Shown one piece after another: positions 1 through 11,874 of a stretch of 64,000 nucleotides of DNA. The stretch comes from Octopus bimaculoides (Eukaryota). The notes under the pieces are model-generated. The model searched no databases and was not told the DNA's origin. It saw only the letters and a list, made by a program, of their open reading frames with translations. The translations under genes and the position numbers were made by a program. Where the stretch lies: assembly GCF_001194135.2 (NCBI RefSeq), contig NC_068981.1, positions 164,386,353 through 164,450,352 on the forward strand, written 5' to 3'. Each line of letters begins with the position of its first letter. Within the stretch, counting starts at the first letter, position 1.

Positions 1-264
1 GCATGGGTGCTTATATGTATGTATGTTCTGTTTGTATGCGTGCGTCTAGGTATGTATGTATGTATGTATGTATGTTATTATTGATCGCTGAGCCCCAGAA
101 ACTGCTGTTGGACTTATAACACCTTTCTTCTACCACTTTAGTTTTCTCTTGTTTATACTCTGTGTAAGTTGGACCTATTGATATTAATGTCAATATATTT
201 ATACTTTCAGATTCATCGTGTATATGAGTTGTTTATCGTCATAATTGCCTCTATGCGTGTGTGT

Positions 265-355
265 ATATGTATGTATATGTTTCTTCTATTTTTAATTATT
301 ATAAATCTTCCACTGAGGAGGGAGCCGGTTTCCAACAAAGATACAAGGCTCCATA
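265..355 (-). mobile_element. Short 3'-UTR fragment of an RLE-type LINE, related to the element at 455-840
   Basis: 306-355 (cttccactgaggagggagccggtttccaacaaagatacaaggctcc) resembles 481-530 (ccttcccctgtgaaagagctggtttctaacacagatacaaagctac); both run into (TACA)n on the minus strand. Confidence 0.45.
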
Positions 356-454
356 AATAAGTATGTATGTATGTATGTATGTATGTATGTATGTACGTAT
401 GTATGTATATATAGATGCATGTATGTATGTATGTATGTATGTATATATAGATGC

Positions 455-840
455 TCTCTTCTGTTTATATTTATCTAAATCCTTCCCCTGTGAAAGAGCT
501 GGTTTCTAACACAGATACAAAGCTACGTCGTTGAAATGTAGATAACAAAAACAATATCACATTTTAAACTTGAGAAAAGTCTTGCATACTTTTATTGTTC
601 CGCTTACAGATTGTATTTGTAATGATGAGTTGGATGCTTTCTTTTTCTGAAAACTTGAGCTACACCAAGATTGTCTCTGAGGCCTTTACTCACAAAACTA
701 AGTGCACCGGTTATCATTGGTATAAATGTGAATTCATAATATGGTTATAGAAGCTTGAGGTTGAACATGTTTGTCATATTCCTGAGAATCTGTTGCTTTA
801 CCTACCTTCTGTTTTATAAGGTTCTCGCTCACCTGGCCCA
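455..840 (-). mobile_element. Decayed 3' end of an RLE-clade (R4/Dong-related) non-LTR retrotransposon
   Basis: Minus-strand translation ...LL*PYYEFTFIPMITGALSFVSKGLRDNLGVAQVFRKKKASNSSLQIQSVSGTIKVCKTFL resembles the post-endonuclease C-terminus (PIxxGALG...LQxxSxxGTxKIxKTF) of RLE LINEs; followed by a 3' UTR and (TACA)n. Confidence 0.55.
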
Positions 841-1133
841 ACCTGCGTTTGTGTTTATACATATATTCATGTTCATGTATATACACACGGACACATACGC
901 ATATAGACATATAGACAGTTAGGTATATGTATACATGTATGTGTGTGTGTATGAGTATACATTTATTTAAAAACATACATATATACTTATACACATCTAT
1001 ACACGTATATAGATAATAGATAGTTATGTAGACTGATAAATATATTTTCTATCTATCAATATATTAATCTATTTATCTATCTTTTATATATTATATGTAT
1101 ATTAATATATGTATATATATATATATATATAAC

Positions 1134-1511
1134 TCTTTTACTTGTTGTTTCAGTCTTTTGAGCACCGCCTTTAGTCGAGCAAATCAACAACAGGACTTAT
1201 TCTTTAGAAGCCTAGTACTTATTCTATCGGTTTCTTTTGCCGAACCGCTAAGTTACGGGGACGTAAACACACCAGCATCGGTTGTCAAGCGATGTTGGGG
1301 GGACAAACATATACACACATACATATATAAATATATATATATACGACGAGCTTGTTTCAGTTTCTGTCTACCAAATCCACTCACAAGGCTTTGGTCGGCC
1401 CGAGGCTATAGTAGAAGACACTTGCCCAAGATGCCACGCAGTGGGACTGAACCCGGAACCATGTGGTTGGGAAGCAAGCTACTTACCACACAGCCACTCC
1501 TACGCCTATAT
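1134..1511 (-). mobile_element. SINE family B, near full length (tRNA-like head, internal microsatellite, stem-loop tail)
   Basis: Reverse complement of ATAGGCGTAGGAGTGGCTGTGTGGTAAGTAGCTTGCTTCCCAACCACATGGTTCCGGGTTCAGTCCC (A/B boxes); body recurs more than 10 times in the window. Confidence 0.9.
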
Positions 1512-2536
1512 ANNNNNNNNNNNNNNNNNNNNNNNNNNNNNNNNNNNNNNNNNNNNNNNNNNNNNNNNNNNNNNNNNNNNNNNNNNNNNNNNNNNNNNNN
1601 NNNNNNNNNNNNNNNNNNNNNNNNNNNNNNNNNNNNNNNNNNNNNNNNNNNNNNNNNNNNNNNNNNNNNNNNNNNNNNNNNNNNNNNNNNNNNNNNNNNN
1701 NNNNNNNNNNNNNNNNNNNNNNNNNNNNNNNNNNNNNNNNNNNNNNNNNNNNNNNNNNNNNNNNNNNNNNNNNNNNNNNNNNNNNNNNNNNNNNNNNNNN
1801 NNNNNNNNNNNNNNNNNNNNNNNNNNNNNNNNNNNNNNNNNNNNNNNNNNNNNNNNNNNNNNNNNNNNNNNNNNNNNNNNNNNNNNNNNNNNNNNNNNNN
1901 NNNNNNNNNNNNNNNNNNNNNNNNNNNNNNNNNNNNNNNNNNNNNNNNNNNNNNNNNNNNNNNNNNNNNNNNNNNNNNNNNNNNNNNNNNNNNTATATAT
2001 ATATATTTTGTATAATATATGTATATACTTTTGTATTTATCTGGCTATATATATATTTATGTGTGTGTGAGTGAGTGAGTGTGTGTATGCGTATGTGTGT
2101 GAATATTAAAATAATGGTTCTTGCAAACATATACATATATACATATATATATATAACGTTCTCTTTCACCTAAAATTCTAAGTGAACAAAACAAGACTAG
2201 TCTTGTAGGAGTCATTATTTTTTATTGATACGTGTATCCACTCTACTCTGTGCTTTGAATTTATGTAAAAACACACACAGATGTACATAGACACATACTT
2301 ATAATCGTGCACCTCGCACACACACACACACAAATATACACGCATATGCACAGATGATTTTTCTTTTAGAAATAACTTGTGTAAATTGTTTCAAAAAGAA
2401 AAGTTGTTTTCCAACAATTACATCTCGTTTCTAGTAAAGAGGCTGCTGTATTTTTTATTGATACATTTTCGTTTATATTTCTATTCACATTATTTCTTTG
2501 TAATTGAAACAAAAGGAAAAAAAGAGACGCATAACA

Positions 2537-2537
2537 A

Positions 2538-2594
<57 letters not shown>

Positions 2595-2649
2595 CAATAA
2601 TGAGAAGGAGAAGAACAACAACAACACGTAAAACAACAACTATAGCAAG

Positions 2650-2698
<49 letters not shown>

Positions 2699-2700
2699 GT
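2537..2700. repeat. (ATT)n and (AAT)n microsatellites in inverted arrangement
   Basis: (ATT)n about 2537-2594; (AAT)n about 2653-2700. Confidence 0.9.
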
Positions 2701-3384
2701 AATAATATATAAACATGTTTCTTACGACAACGCTAGCACTAAATTTTGTAGTTTTTCAAATGTATTTTAAAAAACGAGAAATGCAGATTAAAATTTAAGA
2801 CTGTCAACATAAAATATTTCCAACATTTATCAACAACTTAAAAAGCAAGTTTTATAATTGATATTTTTTTTACTTGTATAACCTTACAAAGTACCATTGT
2901 TTATAAAATAGTATGAAAAAGAAAGCAAAAAGAAGAAACAACTGACAAAAAATTAAATATAGGAAAATAAAACAAACAAAAAGAAAACGAAAGGAAGAAA
3001 TATACCATAGATGTTTGCAGGAAAGAAATTTGCTTTTCGCAAGACATTAGAATGAAAAATATATGAGAATTTTGAAAACAAATGTTCATACCACGTGAAA
3101 AAAAAAATTATTTAATAGAAAACAGTAACTAAAATAAATGAAAAAAAAAAATCATTTACTAGTAGCAATAAAAGAATTCAGAAGATATATTGGGAGCAAG
3201 AATACAGGTATGTGAAAATTATTTCAAGAGAAGATACAATATAAAATAAATGGAGAGCCATTAACGAAATAAAAGAAAAAAAGACATAGTTACAAAATTA
3301 TATAAATGACAAAATGAATGCAAAATGCTAATATTGATAGTAACATTATTAAGAAAAAAAGAGTTTATAAGAAAATTCAAACTA

Positions 3385-3416
3385 ACATAATAATAATAAC
3401 AATGATGATGATGATG

Positions 3417-3460
<44 letters not shown>
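3385..3460. repeat. (AAT)n/(GAT)n microsatellite
   Basis: Seen directly. Confidence 0.9.
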
Positions 3461-3461
<1 letters not shown>

Positions 3462-3524
3462 TTTCTTTCAAATACAGGCACAAAGTCAGTAATTTTAAGT
3501 GGGTTAAATCGTTGCTGTCAATCG

Positions 3525-3655
3525 TTACTCTACTTAATTGGCAAGTTATTTTATCGATTTCATGAAGACGAAGGCAAATTTGACCTCGGCCGGGTTTGAA
3601 CTCAGAATGTAAAGAAGATGAACTAGTACCGCATAACATTTTGTCCAATGCTTCT
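3525..3655 (-). mobile_element. SINE family A, degraded partial copy
   Basis: aaggcaaatttgacctcggccgggtttgaactcagaatgt matches the family A B-box region. Confidence 0.7.
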
Positions 3656-3675
3656 ATAACTTTGTTAATTCAAAA

Positions 3676-5420
3676 CCAGTTAAAATAATGAGAGAGAAAC
3701 CATGCTCTGTGATATGCCAATATACATAAATAGAGAAATTAAGGCCAATATGCTGGATATAGTTGTCAGAGATCACCAAGAAAAAAAATGCTTTCTAACT
3801 GATGTATCAATACCAACAGATGACAAAGATATAGAGAAATTTTCAAACTACAAAGATCTGGAAATAGAGGTAACTCGAATATGGAGTCTAAAAACAGAAA
3901 AAATTCCTATCATAGTAGACGCATTAGGTATGATAAAAAAATATCCAGACAAATACATAATAACAAAACACCAGGACAAACAAGTATATACAGGGGAACG
4001 ACAAAATAATGAAAACACCTAGCATCATAGCATCATAATTTTGTAATATCTATAAAACCGTTAAAAGCTTGTTTATTTTAATAGTTTTTATTTGTTATTA
4101 GTGTTGCTTAATGTGGTTTGCTAAAATTGCAGTTTCTTTTCAGATATCATCAGAAAAAGGTAATTGAAATTAATTAAAATGACAGATCTATCGGACTTTC
4201 AAAAAGGTCAAATTGTTGGTGCTCATACGGCAGACGCTAGCGTAACGAAAACAGCCGAAATATTTGGTGTATCAAGAAGTACTGTCTCGAAAGAAATGAC
4301 AGCCTTTAAGAAAGAGGGAAAAACCTCCTCGTCGAAACAAAACTCCGGAAAACCATGACTTTCAGGTAGGGACCGTCGGATTCTTACGCGAATTGTTAGA
4401 AAGGATCACAAAAGTACAGCTCCAAAAATTACTGCAGAACTTAATGACCACTTCGAGAACCCAGTTTCTACAAAACTGTTCGCCGGGAGCGATACAAAGC
4501 TGGATTTCACGGGAGGGCTGCAAATCTGAAAACTACTACATTAAAAAACAAACGTTGCAAAGCGTTTAGAGTGGAATAAAAACCTGCAGAATTGGTCCCT
4601 AGAGCAGTGGAAGTATGTTATTTTCTCGGACGAGTCATCCTATACCTTATTTCCGACCACCGGCCGAGTATACGCGTGGAAACAGCCAAAAGAAGCATTT
4701 GACCCTGACTGCCTTCTTCCAATTGTTAAACAGGATGGAGGATATGTGATGATCTGGGGAGCTATATCTTGGAAATCCACCGGCCCAATGGTTTCCCTTC
4801 ACGGCAGAATTAATAGTCAAGACTATTTAAGCATTTTATCTGATTAAATTCATCCTATGGTTTCGGAACTGTTTCCGGAGGGAAACGCAATCTTTCAAGA
4901 TGATAATGCATCAATTCACACAGCTAAATTTGTTACTGAATGGCACGAGGAACATTCTAGTGAAGTTGAACATCTTATCTGGCCAGCACAGTCCCCCGAT
5001 CTCAATATTATCGAACATTTATGGTGCATTTTAGAAAAACAAGTAAGGAGTCGATATCCTCCACCATCATCACTACAAAAAATGGAGATTGTTTTGCTGA
5101 AGAATGGACAAAAGTTCCTTTGGAAACAATTCAAACTTTGTACGAGTCCATACCTCGTAGAATTCAAGCTGTAATTAATGCCAAAGGCGGTCCTACTCCC
5201 ATATTAAAATAAATTTGTTTGAAATTTTAAAGTGTTTCCATTATTTTGTCCAACCCCTGTATAACATACAGAAAATAGCACCACTAGGTACCGCAAACAT
5301 CCTACGTAAAACATTTTCAATACAGTAAAAATAAGAGCATCACAACAACCACAGCACATCCCAAGGCACACAGGGCTGCGCTCGATAGTGCAGTGAAAGC
5401 ACGTGATAAAAGTAAGACTA

Positions 5421-5423
<3 letters not shown>
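3676..5423 (+). mobile_element. R4/Dong-like RLE LINE 3' fragment (3676-3990 plus 5260-5423), split by a Tc1 insertion
   Basis: REIKANMLDIVVRDHQEKKCFLTDVSIPTD...KYKDLEIEVTRIWSLKTEKIPIIVDALG (PD..D RLE region); continues after the Tc1 as YNIQKIAPLGTANILRKTFSIQ*; 3' UTR abuts (AAT)n at 5424. Confidence 0.85.
3991..5259 (+). mobile_element. Full-length decayed Tc1-type DNA transposon, DD36E spacing
   Basis: TIRs CAGGGGAACGACAAAATAATGAAAACAC / GTGTTTCCATTATTTTGTCCAACCCCTG; TA duplication at 3989-3990 and 5260-5261; transposase remnants MTDLSDFQKGQIVGA (ATG 4179), VIFSDES, FQDDNA...WPAQSPDLNIIEHLW, RRIQAVINAKGGPTP; several stops and frameshifts. Confidence 0.95.

Positions 5424-5488
<65 letters not shown>
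5424..5488. repeat. (AAT)n microsatellite between two R4/Dong-like fragments
   Basis: Seen directly. Confidence 0.95.
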
Positions 5489-6555
5489 GGCGAATGTACT
5501 CAGGCTCTGCATGAAGAGGGGTAAATGTGGACGTGAGCTGATTAGCATACGGGAATGTATTAACCGTGAAAGAAGAAACGTGGCATTATATTTGGTAAAC
5601 AGCAAACAAGACCTGCTACAGTATGTTGCTAATACAGAAGGATTTATCAAAAATGGACTTGAGAGTACTCATGAATTCCGATCACGAACAGCCAACGAGA
5701 GAGAAGAAACCTTACTCCGTATGGAATTACATGATCAGTTACACCGTAAAACTAGCAACTTGAGAGACCAGGTAGCATCATGGAGGTGGATCAGCAAGGG
5801 TGACATAAAAAAGAATACCGAAAGCTTAATCATCGCTGCTCAGGATCAGGCATTGAATACCAACTCAGTGAAATGTGATATATACCACACAAGTGCATCG
5901 AACCTCTGCAGAATGTGTAAGAAGAGAGTTCAAAGCGTGATTCACATTGTTAGTGCTTGTGAAAGTCTTGTGCAGAAAGAGTACAAGCGCAGACACGACA
6001 CGGTAGCCCAAAACCTTCACTAGCTACTACGCCAGAAGTATGGATACGAGGTTCCGGTTGCTTGGTACAACATACTCCGGAAAAGGTACTGGACGAAAAA
6101 GGGAAGGCAAAAGTCCTCTGGGACTTTGACTTCCAGACAGACAAGATGTTAGAACACCGGAGGCGGATATTGTAACAATTAGGAGGACAAACAAGAGTAC
6201 CTGATAACTGACGTGACGGTGCCAGATCTTCATATTATCATGAAAGTAACAAAAAAGATTGATAAATATGGAGACCTGAGAATTCGCTAAAATGTAGCTG
6301 CTACGAGACCTGAGATCGCTAAGATGTAGCAGCTACGAGAATCAAACATAAAGGTGGTCCCTATTGTCATTCAATACCACCCAACTTGAAAAAATATCTG
6401 GAAGCTTTAGAAATACTGTACAATCTAGGTGTATTGCAAAAATCGGCATTACTTGGATCAACACACATATTCCGTAAAGTACTGTCTGTCTGAAGTCCTT
6501 GTGACACAATATCTCCAATCAGCAACATCATGATATTGGATACCGTGCGACGTCT
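5489..6555 (+). mobile_element. R4/Dong-like RLE LINE, 5'-truncated, decayed
   Basis: GDIKKNTESLIIAAQDQALNT; CCHC finger CRMCKKRVQSVIHIVSAC (5907-5960); KRRHDTVA; LWDFDFQTDK; ITDVTVP; LQKSALLGSTHIFRKVLSV* (stop 6491-6493); TAA repeats on both sides. Confidence 0.9.
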
Positions 6556-6570
6556 TAATAATAATCATAA

Positions 6571-6790
6571 GGCGGCGAGCTGGCAGAAACGTTAGCACGT
6601 CGGACGAAATGTTTGTTGGTATTTCGTTTGACTTCACGTCCTGAGTTCAAATTCCGCCGAGGTCGATTTTGCCTCTCATCCTTTCAGGGCTGATAAATTA
6701 AGTACCAGTTATGCACTGGAGTCGATCTAATTGACTGGCTCCCTCCCCAAAATTTCGGGCCTTGTGCCTAGAGTAGAAAAACAAAATAAT
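6571..6790 (+). mobile_element. SINE family A, tail type A1
   Basis: GGCGGCGAGCTGGCAGAAACGTTAGC...GAGTTCAAATTCCGCC...CCTTGTGCCTAGAGTAGAAA. Confidence 0.9.
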
Positions 6791-6797
6791 AATCATA

Positions 6798-7250
<453 letters not shown>

Positions 7251-7299
7251 AGTGTAACAGTAATGATACTGAAAATAATAGAAGTTAAGCAAATACAAA

Positions 7300-8108
7300 A
7301 CCGATGCAATAAAGGTTTCAAAAGGTGATATTATTAATCAAAGTAAATAACATTACAATCAACGCATTTTTGCCAACGAGTTATAAGGTTGTTTATTCCG
7401 GTAACATAAAAATATGGAGTTCTGGAGACGATGAACTCTTTGAACGCACTTTCAGCATCGGTTTGATTTTGAACACTTCTCGCAGGAAACCATCAAGGTT
7501 CTTGAAAAAGTGATAGTCGGAGAAAGGTCTGGAGAATAAGTTGTTTACGGAAGAACTTCGTAGCCAACCTCACCTCAACTTCTGGAGCGTCATTAGTGAA
7601 ATGCGTGATCGAGCCTTCTCATGAAAAGTGATTGGCCCTCTGCTGTTGAGTTATTCGTTCATTTTGGCAATTTCATGGCAATATGTTTCTGCAGTAATGG
7701 ATTTTGCTGGTTTTAAGAAGTTATAGTGGATGAGTCTAGCACTACACCACCATAACCTTCTTTTTGAAGTGCTCGGGTTTAGGGAAGGTTTTCGGTGCTT
7801 CATTTTGGTCCAACCACTGTGAAGAACCTTTTTTATTACTGTACAAAATCCACTTTTCATCGCAAGTTACAATACGGTCGAGAAATGGATTGGTTTGGTT
7901 ACGGAGAAGAAGCGACGAGAAAATTTCCATTCAAATTGTGTGGTATCCTTTTGTCGAGCTTTTTTAATTTTCCGATCGCATGCAAATAGTTGCAGGCAGT
8001 TTTCTGGTTAACTTGAAGTTCTTTTGTCACTTCTTAAGTAGTTTTACGTGGATTTTTCTCAAAAACGGTCTTTACGGTTCAAAACGTTACTTTTTACTCA
8101 ACCTGATA
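7300..8108 (-). mobile_element. Decayed mariner transposon, internally deleted
   Basis: PFLDRIVTCDEKWILYSN, KKVMVV, WWCSARLIHYNFLKP, DYHFFKNLDGFL; TIR-like tatcaggttgagtaaaaagtaa (rc of about 8087-8108). Confidence 0.85.
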
Positions 8109-8283
8109 TATATGACATATATACATACATATATATNNNNNNNNNNNNNNNNNNNNNNNNNNNNNNNNNNNNNNNNNNNNNNNNNNNNNNNNNNNNNNNN
8201 NNNNNNNNNNNNNNNNNNNNNNNNNNNNNNNNNNNNNNNNNNNNNNNNNNNNNNNNNNNNNNNNNNNNNNNNNNNNNNNNNNN

Positions 8284-8320
<37 letters not shown>

Positions 8321-8325
<5 letters not shown>

Positions 8326-8655
8326 GAGTGGTTGTATGGTAAGTGTGTGTGTGTTTGTGTGTGTGTGTGTGAATGTGTGTGTTGGTGTGTTTACGTCCCC
8401 GTAACATAGCAGTTCGGCAAAAGAGACCGATAGAATAAGTATTAGGCTTACAAAGAATAAGTCCTGGGGTCGATTTGTTCGACTAAAGGCGGCGCTCCAG
8501 CATGGCCGCAGTCAAATGACTGAAACAAATAAAAGAATATATATGCATCAGCATGGCCTCAGCTCTAAGTTGAAACTATAAAAAACAAAAAAAAAACTAT
8601 GGTGCACCAGCATGACCGCAGCCACTTGGCTGAAACACATAAATAAATAAATAAA
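8321..8655 (+). mobile_element. SINE family B with internal deletion, followed by two extra tail-only units
   Basis: Head GGAGTGGTTGTATGGTAAG joined directly to (TG)n; tail units contain CAGCATG..CAG..CTGAAAC at about 8498, 8549 and 8608. Confidence 0.8.
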
Positions 8656-9091
8656 TATATATCAGGAGAGAGAGAAAGAGAGAGAGAGAAGAAAAGGAGA
8701 GAAAGAGAGAGATATATAGTTTGGCCAGTAGCCTGTATTTAAACAGCATATACAAATGCAGTTATATAAAAAGGCATACATCACAATTTATTCAAACTTT
8801 GTCCACCTTCAGAGGATGTATCATTATTGTCAAATAACAAAAAGAAGATAGGAATTGAAATTGTAAAGCACACTATATTATTTATTTAATGAATGCTATA
8901 GATTCTCCAATAGAAAAGAATATGACAAATACAGAAATAAGAGATTCATAATTTGTGTCTGGTGTCTGTGGTCAGAATAGGATATAGATGTGTTGAAGAC
9001 CGATGTGGACGTGGTTACCAAAGACACGAGGATGGTGTCGATGGTAGGGTTGGAGATGGAGCGGCATGGACAACCGATTGTGACCCTAGGC

Positions 9092-9159
9092 AACTCTCTT
9101 TAACCTCTCAGTTAAAGAGAGTTCGCATTTCTATTTCCTTCACCGGAAATAGAAATGCG
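9092..9159. other. Two abutting perfect inverted repeats (13-bp and 15-bp stems, 6-nt loops)
   Basis: aactctctttaac-ctctca-gttaaagagagtt immediately followed by cgcatttctatttcc-ttcacc-ggaaatagaaatgcg. Confidence 0.9.
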
Positions 9160-10002
9160 ACCTCAAAACGAAACAAACAAATATCAGAATGGAAAGACAA
9201 CACACGACAAATAAATACCTACATGCCTGAAGGAAACTGAGTCTTGCCATCGTACTTTCCATCCAACTCAGCAATCTTCAACCTAAGAGAAGGAAGAATA
9301 TATACATAAAGGTAGGAATGGATAACCAGATGCCTAATTACGCTCTCTCTTTTTTTCTCTCCCCCTTCCTCAATCTATCTATCAATCTTGCTCTCTCTCT
9401 CTCTCTCTCTTTCTGTACATATATGTGTGTATATATGTGTGTGTGTGTATGTGTGTGTGTGTCAATATATATAATATTTAAATAATAATATCAATTATTG
9501 TTATTAATATAACATATTTGTGTGTGTATTGCAATTTCATAATTATATATATATATATACTCACGGTGGTGCACCAGCATGACCGCAGCCACTTGGCTGA
9601 AACACATAAATAAATAAATACTATGTATGTTAACACACACGAATGATACACACACACACACACACACACATATATGTGTTTGTAAACTTGTATATATGTG
9701 TATATGTGTGTGTGTGTGCATATACATAGTGCATTCTCTCTGAGCAGGATGTTTCTCTCATTCTAAGTTTCTCTTTGTTTCTCATTCTCTCTTTTTTACT
9801 CTTTAGTCTCTTTTTACTCTTTAGTCTCTTTTTACTCTTTAGTCTCTTTTTATTCTTTAGTCTCTTTCTGATGTCATGTTTTCATTATTCATCTCTCAAT
9901 CACATTCATTTCTCTTCTCTTCCCAGCTTCGTTATCTCTCTCTCGCCTCTTTTTCTGTGTGTTTGTCCCTCTCTCGACTATTTCTCTGTGTGTTTGTCCC
10001 TA

Positions 10003-10051
<49 letters not shown>

Positions 10052-10757
10052 CTTCTCTTTCTCTGTCTGTCCCTCTCTTTATCCCTCACCCTTTCACCCT
10101 GCTTCCTCTACCACTACACGCCACAAACTTGAAATAGATGTTGTGGCTATTTCAACATGTCATTCAATAGAGTTACAGTCAGACCTGAACGTATCTCCCT
10201 GGCGTCCAACTGTCCAAACTGCTCCAAGATGGTACTAAAAAAAATAATCAATAAATAAATAAATAAATAAATATGCAAACAAACATACAAACAAACAAAT
10301 AAATATATATAAAAACATAAAAAGTGAAAAAAAGTGAAAGAAATACAATATAATATACAATAAAAAAAAAATGAATACAATAAAATTTGCGGAGACGAAA
10401 CTTGGGCAAACTTTAAACAAGTCTTTTTTATGGTGGTTGGTTGGTTGGTTGGCTGGCTGGTTGACTGGTGGTGTTGGTGGAGGAGACTGTCAGGACGATG
10501 GTGGTAATGGATGTGGTGATAGTGGCGGTGGAGATAGTGGTGGCGGGGTTGCAGTTAGTGGTTGAAGATATAGGTGACGAGAAGGTGATGTTGGAGGGAA
10601 CTAGTCGGCCGGAGACGTCTCCCACCTGGGTCCTCGTGATAATTGTTCTGTTGTTGTTCTTGCTGTCGTTTTTGTTGTTGTTCCTTTGCCGTAGTGATGG
10701 TGATAATGGCAATGACTGTCCTGATGATAAAGATGATGCTGAAGGTGATGACGAACG

Positions 10758-10809
<52 letters not shown>

Positions 10810-10811
10810 AG

Positions 10812-10875
<64 letters not shown>

Positions 10876-10891
10876 GATGATGATGAGGATG
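10758..10891. repeat. (GAT)n microsatellite running into a gap
   Basis: Seen directly. Confidence 0.95.
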
Positions 10892-11762
10892 NNNNNNNNN
10901 NNNNNNNNNNNNNNNNNNNNNNNNNNNNNNNNNNNNNNNNNNNNNNNNNNNNNNNNNNNNNNNNNNNNNNNNNNNNNNNNNNNNNNNNNNNNNNNNNNNN
11001 NNNNNNNNNNNNNNNNNNNNNNNNNNNNNNNNNNNNNNNNNNNNNNNNNNNNNNNNNNNNNNNNNNNNNNNNNNNNNNNNNNNNNNNNNNNNNNNNNNNN
11101 NNNNNNNNNNNNNNNNNNNNNNNNNNNNNNNNNNNNNNNNNNNNNNNNNNNNNNNNNNNNNNNNNNNNNNNNNNNNNNNNNNNNNNNNNNNNNNNNNNNN
11201 NNNNNNNNNNNNNNNNNNNNNNNNNNNNNNNNNNNNNNNNNNNNNNNNNNNNNNNNNNNNNNNNNNNNNNNNNNNNNNNNNNNNNNNNNNNNNNNNNNNN
11301 NNNNNNNNNNNNNNNNNNNNNNNNNNNNNNNNNNNNNNNNNNNNNNNNNNNNNNNNNNNNNNNNNNNNNNNNNNNNNNNNNNNNNNNNNNNNNNNNNNNN
11401 NNNNNNNNNNNNNNNNNNNNNNNNNNNNNNNNNNNNNNNNNNNNNNNNNNNNNNNNNNNNNNNNNNNNNNNNNNNNNNNNNNNNNNNNNNNNNNNNNNNN
11501 NNNNNNNNNNNNNNNNNNNNNNNNNNTATATATATATAATTATAAGTGTATTGATATCTTATGCGTGTATAGAAATGTACTTTCTGTGACCACGAATATA
11601 TGTACATGTATATACAGATGAATGAATGTATAGATATACATATTTTTTTGTGTTGGTGTGGGGTTTTTTTTCTGTCTGCCGAGAATACGTTTGTATACCA
11701 AACACACACTCATGCGCAGTCTCATACGCATATATGTACGCATGTATGTATGTGTACGTATT

Positions 11763-11795
<33 letters not shown>

Positions 11796-11837
11796 GTATG
11801 TGTGTGTACGCATGTATGTATGTGTACGTATATACAT

Positions 11838-11874
<37 letters not shown>

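Noticed and set aside
1095-2074. Long ORFs through N-runs (also at 12.8-13.4, 29.7-30.5, 31.5-32.3, 38.8-40.0, 53.0-53.7 and 60.2-61.0 kb)
   Set aside because: X-filled gap artefacts and dinucleotide-repeat translations (YIYI, CVCV, THTH, LSLS).
8322-8343. SINE-B head broken exactly after GGTAAG, the predicted nick site of the Tx1-like element
   Set aside because: A single case, equally explained by microhomology deletion into the (TG)n tract.
10468-11589. 373-aa ORF with poly-Asp
   Set aside because: Produced by (GAT)n plus an N-gap; no domain recognisable.
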